A DNA stretch of 64,000 bases from the IMG/VR virus record IMGVR_UViG_3300029258_005404, one strand, 5' to 3'. A program made the position numbers and the translations under genes. Under the pieces are notes generated by a model. The model had not been told where the DNA came from. It made no database searches and saw only the letters and a list, made by a program, of their open reading frames with translations. Shown piece by piece: positions 21,799 to 31,480 of this stretch (its first letter is position 1; each line of letters opens with the position of its first letter). The DNA is from a virus.

Positions 21799-22641
21799 CT
21801 AAGATTTTGGGACTACCCCCTTCGTAGTCATAATTTTAAACATTTTTTTATCAAACATGTATTTTTCATTTGATAAAAAGTCAATTAGTGGTGTTGGCAT
21901 TTGTTGTATACGTCTTGCTCTAATTAACAATGCCTCTTTAAGAGCTTTGCTTATATTATCAGCCTTGTCTTTTTCACCTTGTGTTTCAAAATCGCCCCTT
22001 CGTATAATAGCTTTTTTAATAACACTTAAATGCCGTGACCTATCATTGTCGCATAAATCATAACCATTAATACCCTTATATCCCAGGGCAAGAAACATTG
22101 AGTTTCTTAACGTCTGTACTTTATTTTGTGGAAGATCGACCATTCCATCATCGGTTTCAAATTTTTTAATTATTTCAAAAATAGCCTCATCAATCAAACC
22201 AATTTCTTCTGCATTTGTTGAACATATAACGAATTTCTTATCAGGAAAATTCGGTATTGTTACTTCAGTCTCCGCGTACCCATCAAATATCATTTTTTCA
22301 GCAAGTTTTAAATCATCTTCAGTAATTTCGATATCATCAAGATCACTATCTTTGTTATTGAATGATTTATTTATTTGGGCAGCAGTTTTTTCTGCATAAG
22401 TATCAGTAGAAGGTTTTGCGTTTTCTGCTCTACTTTTTATCTCAGCAGCCTGTTCGGCAAATGGATCTTTAAAATCCTCTTTCTGCTTTTCCTGGATAGC
22501 AGCTGTCTCTTGTGTTTTGGCATATCCGGAATTTGATTTAGCACCAAGCTCAACAGGTGCTTTTAAATTTTTCTTGTCGAAAACTCCGCCTCCGGGGTGT
22601 GGTTGCTCACCATCTCTTCTGTTTTGGTTTGTATCACTCAC
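21799..22641 (-). CDS. Hypothetical protein, possibly tail assembly chaperone-like
   Basis: 280-aa ORF with GGAG SD; acidic disordered N-terminus. Confidence 0.4.
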   Translation of the reverse strand: MSDTNQNRRDGEQPHPGGGVFDKKNLKAPVELGAKSNSGYAKTQETAAIQEKQKEDFKDPFAEQAAEIKSRAENAKPSTDTYAEKTAAQINKSFNNKDSDLDDIEITEDDLKLAEKMIFDGYAETEVTIPNFPDKKFVICSTNAEEIGLIDEAIFEIIKKFETDDGMVDLPQNKVQTLRNSMFLALGYKGINGYDLCDNDRSRHLSVIKKAIIRRGDFETQGEKDKADNISKALKEALLIRARRIQQMPTPLIDFLSNEKYMFDKKMFKIMTTKGVVPKS

Positions 22642-22724
22642 AAAAGCTCCTTTTTTTTAACTATGAGAAATCTCATAGAAAGATAATCTTTTTCATACCT
22701 AATTGCAATAAAAAAAAATAAATT

Positions 22725-22751
22725 GTGATTCTCAATAAATATCTGGCATAA
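22725..22751 (+). promoter_or_regulatory. Bipartite promoter motif, copy 2 (at strand switch)
   Basis: GTGAT at 22725, TCTGGCATAA at 22742. Confidence 0.6.
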
Positions 22752-23155
22752 CTATTTTGATGGTAGTATTTATTTTAAAAGGAGAATACAAATGCTTGAA
22801 TGTTTTATTAAGTTTATGGATAAAAACAGGTTTGTAAAAAACCTTTTGATTGAATGTGGAGCTCTTACTTTCTGTCCAAAGAGCTATCACCTTGTAAGAA
22901 CAACGGATGAACGTTACCTTGAATTCACAGTCGAGCTTGCTCGACAAATTTTCATAGTATGCAGTAAGTTTCAAACAGCCGAAGAACTTGAAAAATATAT
23001 ACGTGAAGTTGCTGGAAAACACGCAATAAGCTGTGATTTCTGCACTGATAAACCGGAACATATTTCTCATAATTTCGACCATGGGCCATTTGAAGCTGCT
23101 AAAATGCAATTTGAAAAGGAGATATCTGATGCTGAAATTAAAGGTGAGCAAAAAG

Positions 23156-23845
23156 ATGCTTCTGGACGGCTGGCTTCTGACGAAAGCCAATGACAATCCC
23201 AAGCTGATTGAAAAGGGCCTGGGGAAGAAACCGCGTGCTTACTATTATTTTACCTACGGGAATGATCGCGGCTATATTGCATTCTCTGAATACCAAAAGG
23301 GTATTAAGGTAACAGTATCAGTTGCTGGTTCAGACGACTGGCAGGATTGGGTAGAAAACGCCCATGCAGAATTTGATGGAATGGGGCGACATAAAGGTTT
23401 CCGCGAACCAGCAAAGGTCATCTGGGAAGATATAATCGTTCCGCATGTTAAAGCATGGCGCAACGTTAAATCTATTGAGTTTCGCGGCCACTCTCGAGGT
23501 GGTGCGATATGTATTGGGATGATGGAGTTGGCAGCTGACGTCCCGAAAGACTATCCATGGGGGCACAATATAACCGGTATTGTATATGGCGCCCCGATGT
23601 ATGGTGATGAACGCTGGAAGGTCCGTATTGAATCTGTGGCAAAAGGTTTTCTGCGAGTCGAGGCAAAATACGATATTGTACCGGAGGTTCCGCTCAAGAA
23701 ATGGGGATACGTAAAAGAGTGTCCGGTATTCGAAATCAAACAGAACTGGTTATGGCGTGTCCTTCCTATACGCAGCCATTTATGGTACAAAATGCTAATC
23801 AGGGGAATTAAACAGAAGGTGTTTGACAAATTCAATAATCGATGA
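23156..23845 (+). CDS. Class 3 lipase-like alpha/beta hydrolase
   Basis: VAGSDDWQDW, HKGF, GHSRGG nucleophile elbow, YGAP, DIVPEVP; likely start at ATG 23156 within ORF 23033..23845. Confidence 0.8.
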   Translation: MLLDGWLLTKANDNPKLIEKGLGKKPRAYYYFTYGNDRGYIAFSEYQKGIKVTVSVAGSDDWQDWVENAHAEFDGMGRHKGFREPAKVIWEDIIVPHVKAWRNVKSIEFRGHSRGGAICIGMMELAADVPKDYPWGHNITGIVYGAPMYGDERWKVRIESVAKGFLRVEAKYDIVPEVPLKKWGYVKECPVFEIKQNWLWRVLPIRSHLWYKMLIRGIKQKVFDKFNNR

Positions 23846-24546
23846 GTTATATATACGTTTATTTACATATGCCAAAAACCGGCGGACAATCTCTTCGCGA
23901 TAATTTCGCAAAAGAGATGGGTCTGAATAACTTCATTTATACTGGTGAAAGTTCTACCCCTGGCGACGGAACCGGTCGTTCGGGTAAGTTGAAAAATACA
24001 CTTAGAATAATAATGGGCCATGGTGTAAATCATCATACTCATGAATGTGTTGGTAATCGTCCTGTTAGACATATTACTTTCCTTCGATCTCCAATTGAAA
24101 GAATGGTGTCACATTATAATTATGATATGTGGCACCATTATATTAACAAAGGAAAAAAGCAAATCAGTCTTGATGACTGGTTTAAAGAGCGTCATTATCC
24201 AAATTATATGGTAAATTATATATATGGTAGATTTATCATGGGTCCGGATATTGATAATGAAAAAAAGAAATTTGATATTGTAATGAAAAAACTTGAGACA
24301 TTCTGGTTTGTCGGTATCTATGAAGCCTTTGATGTTATATCGGTGGCAATGGCAAGGCATTTTCATATACGATATAGGAATTTACATAAAAATAAAACAT
24401 CTGATTATTCAAATAAAGTTGATATATTAAAATTGAATGGTTATATCATCGAACAATATAATCATTTATTTCAATATGATTATGAATTATATGAATATTG
24501 GAAGAATCAATTAAGCTTTTCAATTAAAAGGTTAGGGGAAAAATGA
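23842..24546 (+). CDS. Sulfotransferase family protein
   Basis: YLHMPKTGGQS (5'-PSB loop) and FLRSPIERMVSHY (3'-PB) motifs. Confidence 0.75.
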   Translation: MSYIYVYLHMPKTGGQSLRDNFAKEMGLNNFIYTGESSTPGDGTGRSGKLKNTLRIIMGHGVNHHTHECVGNRPVRHITFLRSPIERMVSHYNYDMWHHYINKGKKQISLDDWFKERHYPNYMVNYIYGRFIMGPDIDNEKKKFDIVMKKLETFWFVGIYEAFDVISVAMARHFHIRYRNLHKNKTSDYSNKVDILKLNGYIIEQYNHLFQYDYELYEYWKNQLSFSIKRLGEK

Positions 24547-26219
24547 AATCTGCAACATATTTAAAAGTGCTGTTTATACTGTATTTTCTCAATTTATATC
24601 ACTTGTGTTCATAAATCCAATTAGCTGCATCTGATACATTTTGGTTATTTTTTCTTTTCTTATTACAAACGCGATACTTTATATAATCTGGATATTAAAA
24701 AGAAGAAAAGAAGCTCGCTGGCAGTTCGAATGGCGATTGTGGGATATATGGCTTCTTTTAAGGCTAAGAAAGCGATGTTATGAGTGTAATGGAACAAAAG
24801 AGAAATGGAAATATAACCAACCAGGCCCGTGTGGCCTGTGTGATGGAACAGGGTATGTTTCGAGAAATATTCGATATAAATTGAAATAGTAGCTATCATG
24901 AAGTAGGTAAAAATTTTATAAAATTAAGGAGGTAATGTGGCATTGGTAGAATGGGTAGAATGCCCAGATCCAGAACCTGGGTCTTCAGCAAATTTTATTA
25001 CATCTTGTTTTTTTGTTAAAAAAAAATCTCCATACTACCCAATAATAGCAATTGATGCTTATAAATCTAAATTACATCCAGGTGCAATCGATATACATAT
25101 AACACAATGTGAGTATTGTAATAATGGCTATGAGTTGGATTGGGGTAGAACATGTGTTGAATATAAAGCATGGATTAAAATAGAAAGTGAAGAAATAAAA
25201 AAAAGAGCAATAGAAAAAATAAAATATATGGAATAAAAATTGGAGTTGCTTATGAATTTTAAGATAGCATTAGAATGGGTAGAAGATCAGTTAAATTTTA
25301 AAATAACTGATTGGGATGAACGTAAAGTAAGTGTATCGGTAAACGATGTATAATTAAAATTATAAATAAGGAGAAAATATGTGAAATTTTTTCATTTTGG
25401 TTCTAAAATAAGCAAAAATTATGCATACGAATTGTCGTTTATGCATATATATCGATGTTTTGATGATGGAATTGATTTTATTAATTTTAATGTAGAATTG
25501 AGTATTTTCAAAGCAGATCACAATCCTACATTTTCAATTCTTTTTGTGTTTTTTAATATTGCCATTATTGATTTTACTATACATAATGTTAACCATTTGA
25601 AAGAATGAGGAGATGGAAAGTGTGATGGTAGGCCAGGCTCCAATCAACATTGACTCAAAATGAGCATGGGCAACAGAAGGGGGAATTATGAATGATAATG
25701 AGTTTATAAAAAGTCTTCAGGAAATAAATACACCTGAAGAAATGATCAAATTTATGATACAATCTGTTGGTGATGGTATATTTGGAAACGATCCTTATTA
25801 TGAAAAACTTAAAAATGCTGTAATTAACCGCGCCAGACAGATTTTCGATGGAGTTTCAAATCAGTATCCTGAACCATGGAAAACTATCAATGTCCGTATT
25901 AATAAAAAGACTGGCGAGATTCATTGTGATGGTGATGAGGAAACTGTTCAATGGTTTCAAAAAAAAATACATGCAAATGGAAAAGTACATGATACTTTAC
26001 AAAGTGTTGATGCTCTTGATAATTTATCACTCGTTGCAAAAACTGCAGATGAGTTTGAATTATTGGAATATATTCAAATATTGGTTAAACAATGGGGAGA
26101 AAATCGTAATAATATAGTCAATACTCTTTGCACAGTTTGTGGAAAATCTGGGGGTTTAACTGATTCAGAGTTGATTCATAAAAAGTGTCTTAAAAATATT
26201 AAAACTAAAGGAGAATAAG

Positions 26220-26825
26220 TTGAGTTACCAAGTTCCAGGCGGTTCTGGTATAGGTACTGAAGATATTAAATCAGCTTGCGAGAATTACGGCTATGGTAAT
26301 GTTATGTCAACTGCTTCTATTTTATGGCAAAAAAAACTCGGAAGAAATGCAGGAGGCGCTTATTCTGTTGGGCCGTGTATAGCGTCTCTTGTACCATGCG
26401 GATGTAAAGATGACTTTAGAACAAAATGTAACTGGTGTGCAGGTACGGGCAAATTAACAAAACATGTTAAATCGATTAAAGATTCAATGGAAAATAAAAA
26501 ACATGAACCATTGAAATATGAAATAGAAAAGTTTTTCGTTGTATCAACAGCCCATATATCATCCAGTGATAATGATGGTCTTCAATATGCTGTTAATAAA
26601 AATAATACGATTGAAGATCAATCCCATCCTTGTAATATTGTTGTTTATCAATATGAATTTGGGTGGTTTATATGGATAGATCCTCAAATGACTTTCAATG
26701 ATTATAAAGGGTATTCAAATGCATTCAAGCGTTTAATAACCATGGCAAAGAAACTTAAATGCCAATATCTTAAAATAGATCGGGATGGGCCACAATATAA
26801 TAATCTTGAAACATTCGATTGGTAA
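26220..26825 (+). CDS. Hypothetical protein with C-terminal DUF5983-like domain
   Basis: VSTAHIS...YEFGWFIW...AKKLKCQYLKIDRDGP. Confidence 0.5.
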   Translation: MSYQVPGGSGIGTEDIKSACENYGYGNVMSTASILWQKKLGRNAGGAYSVGPCIASLVPCGCKDDFRTKCNWCAGTGKLTKHVKSIKDSMENKKHEPLKYEIEKFFVVSTAHISSSDNDGLQYAVNKNNTIEDQSHPCNIVVYQYEFGWFIWIDPQMTFNDYKGYSNAFKRLITMAKKLKCQYLKIDRDGPQYNNLETFDW

Positions 26826-26828
26826 AAT

Positions 26829-27176
26829 ATGAGAATGTGGATGGTTCCTCCGCAAATATTATGCAGAAAACACCTTTTTGGAGAACATGGTGAAATTCAT
26901 AAACACCGTCATAATTTTGTTAAAAAATATTCTATAAATGGTCGAATATTTCCAGTCGTTCAAATAGAGCCATCATCAATGTTAATTCGGCATGATGAAT
27001 TGGCAGAAGAGATGTTGCGACGAGGATATAATCATAAATCACCTTATTATATGCCTGATATCTCATACCTTCCTGAAGAAATACGTAATTCCAAAGTTGA
27101 TATTAATAAATCGATTGAAGATCTTATTGATAGGTGTGAAGATTGCAAATTAAGAATAATGAATATAGGGGGATAA
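26829..27176 (+). CDS. Pyrimidine-dimer DNA glycosylase (T4 endonuclease V-like)
   Basis: MRMWMVPPQILCRKHLFGEHGEIH...RHDELAEEMLRRGYNHKSP. Confidence 0.75.
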   Translation: MRMWMVPPQILCRKHLFGEHGEIHKHRHNFVKKYSINGRIFPVVQIEPSSMLIRHDELAEEMLRRGYNHKSPYYMPDISYLPEEIRNSKVDINKSIEDLIDRCEDCKLRIMNIGG

Positions 27177-27560
27177 TGTGAAACCAAAAGATATACCTAC
27201 CATGATACAAATCATGAAGGCTTCCCGGAAAAAAAAGTGATTCTGTTACAAGACGGCCTTTCTATACCTCATCTGAGATGTTGGGGTATTCGCCAGCGAG
27301 GCAACACTCTGGCATTTTTTACATGTATTGACAGGGTTCATTCAAACGGTTGGAAAGAACCGGAAGATTGGCGCGTTTCATACAGAAAAATGTTCGGTGC
27401 TATGTGGTGGGATGATAAAATTGAGCGGATGCTCGGCAACCCAGTGATAATTAAATACCGGTATGATACTTTCATGCCGTGGTCTACTCAGCACTTTTTC
27501 TCAGTTCGTGTATATATGCAATATTTTAACGAATTTGAAATAATTGATTAAGGAGGATAA

Positions 27561-28022
27561 ATGAGTTTATATAATCAGATACTTGGAACACATCCATTTT
27601 TACAACACCTTTTCGCGTTACTTGGCCTTGGTGTAAATGAGGATGATGAATATTATGTCGGAAAGATACGGGATTTATACGTGATCAAGATTGAAGATAT
27701 ATTCAAAATCATTTTGTATACCAGGAATGGCGGACCAAACAGAAAATCTTTTTCTTTGGTTTTCAAGAAATTAAGATCGCATCCGAATTACATCAAAGAT
27801 TATGATTGTAATATCGATAATACATATGCGTATTTTGAATTCTCACCACCAAAAGATTGTTTAGATATCGTTCAGGAAATATATGATATAGCTCCTGAAG
27901 AAAGAGGTACCAAACTCTTTATGCGGGTGTGTGATAATATGAGGAAAGGTAAGAAAGATCCAATAACAAATCGTGCCCTTGAGGTTGGCAAAAAAAATAC
28001 TGAAACCAATTTTAAATGGTGA
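27561..28022 (+). CDS. Hypothetical phage protein
   Basis: ILYTRNGGPNR...HPNYIKDYDC..DNTYAYFEFS; the C-terminus may be frameshifted at the A8 run 27990-27997. Confidence 0.55.
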   Translation: MSLYNQILGTHPFLQHLFALLGLGVNEDDEYYVGKIRDLYVIKIEDIFKIILYTRNGGPNRKSFSLVFKKLRSHPNYIKDYDCNIDNTYAYFEFSPPKDCLDIVQEIYDIAPEERGTKLFMRVCDNMRKGKKDPITNRALEVGKKNTETNFKW

Positions 28023-28071
28023 TATTGAAAATAGTGGTATTGTAGAAGTATAATTTCTCAAACATAAAAAC

Positions 28072-28099
28072 GTTATAATTTTGGCTTTTCTGGTATAAT
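28072..28099 (+). promoter_or_regulatory. Bipartite promoter motif, copy 3, upstream of the Cas12-like gene
   Basis: GTTAT at 28072, TCTGGTATAAT at 28089; AAGGAGG SD before ATG 28143. Confidence 0.65.
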
Positions 28100-28142
28100 A
28101 ATAACAGTAAATAGCTTTAATAATTTATTAAAGGAGGGCTAG

Positions 28143-29357
28143 ATGGCCAAAGTTAAAAAAGCTAATACTGGCCTTAACAGAACGGTTGTATTTGAAGTCA
28201 GTGTTGCTAATAATAATATTAAAAAACAAGTCATGGCGTCTATAGATAAATATAGAGCAGTGGCACGAAAGATGTATTCATCGGTTGCGATGGCAGCAAC
28301 TGCAGGAGCAACAATCGAAGTAAAAAATGGTGATGTCAGGGTTAAACCTTATACTCAAAATTCAAAAGATATATTGTCAAAAGCATATAATGTGTCTGGA
28401 AAAGCTCAATTTTATGAATTAAGAAATTTCGTATTAAAAGATCATGCTAATACATGGCAATCTGTAATATGGGATTCTTGCAGACTTGCAGTGGCTGGGA
28501 CATGGAATCATGCTGATCCCGAATTTTCTAAAGGTGAAAAGAAGGTTGGACGTGGCTGGTTATCACTCCAAGGCGCAAGAGCTTTTGGATTTTTCAATCG
28601 TTGTGGTATAGGTTTACCAAATACAAAATCTATACAATTTGGTTCAAAAAGTATGACGATGAAATGGGACAAGGAAATTGATGATGTAACATTTTTCGTT
28701 GACAGTAAGCTTCCCGGGAATACATTCTGGAAATTTAAGAACATAAGAGATGGTGTATGGGAAAGGGGTACATGTTACATTGGGTGGAAGTATAAAAATA
28801 TCGGTGGTGGTAAAAAAGTAAAAACACTTTATATAACAATGACCTATAAACTTCCAGAAAATTATTTCAATGAGGAATCAGGTGAAGGTGTTATGATTGT
28901 TGAGTTTACAGATGATCCTGAAAACGGAATCGTCATGTATTCTGATGATAAGTTCCATTATTCCGACAAAATAAGTGTGTATGAGGCTATAGCATGGAAT
29001 AAGCAACTCAATGTTGTAAAGGATTACTACAAAAAACAAAGAGCATCAGTTGGTGGTAGAGATAAGCAGTGGGGTCTCAACCAAAGTCTCATGGTTATTA
29101 GTAACAAAAGTGAAAATTTGACCAAAAGGAGAATTAACGGCAAAAAGCATCGGAATCATATATGGGCCAACAGAATAGTGGCGAGAGTTAGACAATGGGG
29201 TATGGGTGTTGTTGTACTCAAAGATTTTCCTGACGGCCTATTAATTGATCAGGAATGGTCTATGTTTGAGCTTAAAGAAATATTGAAGTACAAACTTAGA
29301 GAAATTGGGTGTGAGTTGAAAACCTATAATACCCCAAAAGAAGAAGAAGCTGCTTAG
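28143..29357 (+). CDS. Compact nuclease-dead TnpB/Cas12 (type V-like) effector, 404 aa
   Basis: TnpB-like order: WED strand RTVVFEV, LYITMTYKLP, RuvC-I-like strand GVMIVEF (no catalytic Asp), bridge helix HRNHIWANRIVARVRQWG, RuvC-II-like VVVLKDF (Glu to Lys), WSMFELKEILKYKLREIG; ends before Zn finger and RuvC-III; directly upstream of a CRISPR array. Confidence 0.75.
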   Translation: MAKVKKANTGLNRTVVFEVSVANNNIKKQVMASIDKYRAVARKMYSSVAMAATAGATIEVKNGDVRVKPYTQNSKDILSKAYNVSGKAQFYELRNFVLKDHANTWQSVIWDSCRLAVAGTWNHADPEFSKGEKKVGRGWLSLQGARAFGFFNRCGIGLPNTKSIQFGSKSMTMKWDKEIDDVTFFVDSKLPGNTFWKFKNIRDGVWERGTCYIGWKYKNIGGGKKVKTLYITMTYKLPENYFNEESGEGVMIVEFTDDPENGIVMYSDDKFHYSDKISVYEAIAWNKQLNVVKDYYKKQRASVGGRDKQWGLNQSLMVISNKSENLTKRRINGKKHRNHIWANRIVARVRQWGMGVVVLKDFPDGLLIDQEWSMFELKEILKYKLREIGCELKTYNTPKEEEAA

Positions 29358-29381
29358 GAATCTAAATAGCGCACGGGAGAA

Positions 29382-29530
29382 ATTAAAAATATAGGCGCTA
29401 TGGAAATTGTGTTATACTAGGCCCTAAAAAAAATATCAGAGTAATTTTTTCATACGAGTGAGGGAAATTGATTAGGCTACAGCGCCATTCTAAAAGATTT
29501 CTGAACTTATTTGTACATAAGGAAAGCTGA
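29382..29530 (+). repeat. Three degenerate CRISPR repeat remnants in register with the array
   Basis: GCGCTATGGAAATTG (unit start 29382), CGAGTGAGGGAAATTG (29443), AAGGAAAGCTG (29502); spacing 61/59/61 nt. Confidence 0.5.
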
Positions 29531-29562
29531 GTGGTGAGATTTTGGATGTTGTATCAATTATT

Positions 29563-29954
29563 GTTTCTTCCGCGCGCGCGAGGGAAACTGGGATTTGCAT
29601 TTAATTTCAACTACCTGCGCAAGTATGCTCCGCGCGCGCGGGGGAAACTGGATATTCGGCCGGGAGAGGGCGAAACAGCTGTAGTATGCTCCGCGCGCGC
29701 GAGGGAAACTGGGTTACTTCGTACCTCTATTCCATCATATCCTAGTATTCTCCGCGCGCGCGATGGAAACTGGGGAAATTTCCAATCATACTGGCGTGAC
29801 CATAGTATTCTCCGCGCGCGCGAGGAAAACTGGGTTTCTTTTATATACAAAAGGGTGCAATATTGTATTCTCCGCGCGCGCGAGGGAAACTGGCCCCCCA
29901 GCATTTGAACTTGCCGTTATCGTTCGTTTCTTTCGCGCGCGCGAGGGAAACTGG
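29563..29954 (+). CRISPR. CRISPR array: 7 repeats of 29 nt, 6 spacers of 31-32 nt, type I-E-like repeat
   Basis: Repeats start at 29563, 29623, 29684, 29745, 29805, 29865, 29926; consensus GTATTCTCCGCGCGCGCGAGGGAAACTGG; six unrelated spacers. Confidence 0.95.
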
Positions 29955-29989
29955 TTTGGGATATTTCGGTTTTAAAAATAAATTTATAT

Positions 29990-30111
29990 CCGGAAATAGT
30001 AAGGTGAACACCCTTGCATTTCTTTACAAGTTACAACTGAGGCTACAGTTTGTCTCGTGGATAGTAGAGTGCTATCTAATGTTCCGATGGAACACCCTCG
30101 CGCGCCTTTTT
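29990..30111 (+). ncRNA. Putative tracrRNA with split anti-repeat
   Basis: CAGTTT (30046-51) and CCCTCGCGCGC (30095-105) are complementary to repeat nt 23-28 and 12-22; two hairpins between them; T5 tract after; 5' end is a guess. Confidence 0.6.
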
Positions 30112-30134
30112 ATTAATAAATCAAAGGATATAAT

Positions 30135-30359
30135 ATGACTAAATTAAAACCGAAAATATGTCCACACTGCGGGGTATTATTTACCCCCGCAGTGCCTGGA
30201 CAAAAATATCACAGTCCAAGATGTCGGAAAAATGATTATAGTTCCAGAAAACAATATTTTCCACGCTTCGGTAATGATGCAAAAATGAGACATGTCTTCA
30301 GAACAGAGAAAAACGTTATAACAAAATACTCAAAGGAGGTAGAATTTGCCAAAAAGTAA
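30135..30359 (+). CDS. Small Zn-finger-like protein
   Basis: CPHCG...YHSPRC motif. Confidence 0.5.
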   Translation: MTKLKPKICPHCGVLFTPAVPGQKYHSPRCRKNDYSSRKQYFPRFGNDAKMRHVFRTEKNVITKYSKEVEFAKK

Positions 30360-31010
30360 AATGGAGGAATTCCGTGAAAATGGAAAAAAAATACAGGAAG
30401 GATGTATTGCTGAAATGGAAAACCTTCGAAAGTCGTGGATAGATTATAAAGCTAATAATGAGACACATGGTGACGCCATGCTCCTCATACGCCAATCCAG
30501 AGCGCATGCATACAATGCGTCAGCGGCTGTCCGTGAAAGGGTAATAGAGATGGGTCTCCATGTGGGTAGCGGCTATTACCATCCTTAAAAAAAAGTACTA
30601 ATTAAATGTACTTTTTTTTATTTATTTATAATAAACCAGTTTAAGAATTGAGGATTAACATGGGCTATATATTGCAATCAAATTTTGATGGTTTAATCGG
30701 AAAAAAGTGCAGAGTTGAACCAGGTGATCGACCGGGTATTGATAAGTCACATAGTGTATCTGTAAAAGCAGGAGACGAACAGAATGGTGTTATTATTGGA
30801 TATGTTGTAGAGCTTAACAATGAAATGTTTGAGAACGATCCTGTTGATATTGAAACTATGCCATTAACTGTTTTTCTTTATATTCTTATTACGCATAATA
30901 ATGGTGATGGAAACCAATGGTCTGAAATTGTTAGGGAGGATTTTTCATATGTAACATTTAATTAAATATTTCTTTAACCAAAACGTATATTATTAGTAAG
31001 GAGTCAAACA

Positions 31011-31079
31011 ATGTTACCAATATAGGTTACTTCAATTCACCCGCCGTAGATTTTTTACCGCAAGCGCAAACCGCCGTAA
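31011..31079 (+). promoter_or_regulatory. Stop-codon-punctuated leader: MLPI(TAG)VTSIHPP(TAG)IFYRKRKPP(TAA)
   Basis: AAGGAG SD before ATG 31011; in-frame CCG CCG TAG (31041) and CCG CCG TAA (31071). Confidence 0.5.
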
Positions 31080-31153
31080 TCTCTATTATACCATTCTGTA
31101 TAATACCAATTAGTATAACAAATTTTATTTAATTTATTTTTAAGGAGATTACA

Positions 31154-31480
31154 TTGAATATTTCAATTGAACAGATTAAACTTATCAGTCAGTTCAAGAA
31201 AGAGCTGAAATTAGAAGCGGCTGCGCTTCAACGCCTTAAACAGGACACTAAAAATGCCCAGAGAGAAGGTGATGTTGCTACTGGAGACCTTCAGTTTAAG
31301 ATTATCAAGAACAAAAATAAATTTCGGCATCGCCACATTGCATACTGTATGTTGCGCGGAAAGAAATACAATGAAATCGAAAAAAAATGCAGATGTAATC
31401 CAAACTTCAAAACAATCGAACTGATTAAAGGTAAATATACATACCATGGTACAGAAGAAACTATATCTGCTGCTGCGTAA
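31154..31480 (+). CDS. Phage hypothetical protein overlapping the Pth2-like gene
   Basis: RHRHIAYCMLRGKKYNEIE motif; AAGGAG SD. Confidence 0.6.
   Translation: MNISIEQIKLISQFKKELKLEAAALQRLKQDTKNAQREGDVATGDLQFKIIKNKNKFRHRHIAYCMLRGKKYNEIEKKCRCNPNFKTIELIKGKYTYHGTEETISAAA

Noticed and set aside
18918-28022. Programmed phase variation at homopolymer runs (19180-88, 27229-36, 27990-97)
   Set aside because: The required corrections go in both directions and homopolymers are abundant, so sequencing or assembly error is at least as likely; needs read-level data.
29355-29444. TAG readthrough of the Cas12-like gene (three in-frame TAGs before a TAA) restoring the nuclease
   Set aside because: The extension (xESKxRTGEIKNIGAMEIVLYxALKKISE) has no CxxC Zn finger or RuvC-III Asp motif and overlaps decayed repeats; RuvC-I and RuvC-II would still be dead.
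29592-29925. Self-targeting spacers
   Set aside because: By eye I found only ~12-nt AT-rich matches (spacer 1 at 10251, spacer 3 near 60042, spacer 5 near 54004), as expected by chance; a proper BLAST is still needed.
29531-30138. ORFs of 70-125 aa across the CRISPR array
   Set aside because: Artefacts of stop-free GC-rich repeats (RAR repeats).
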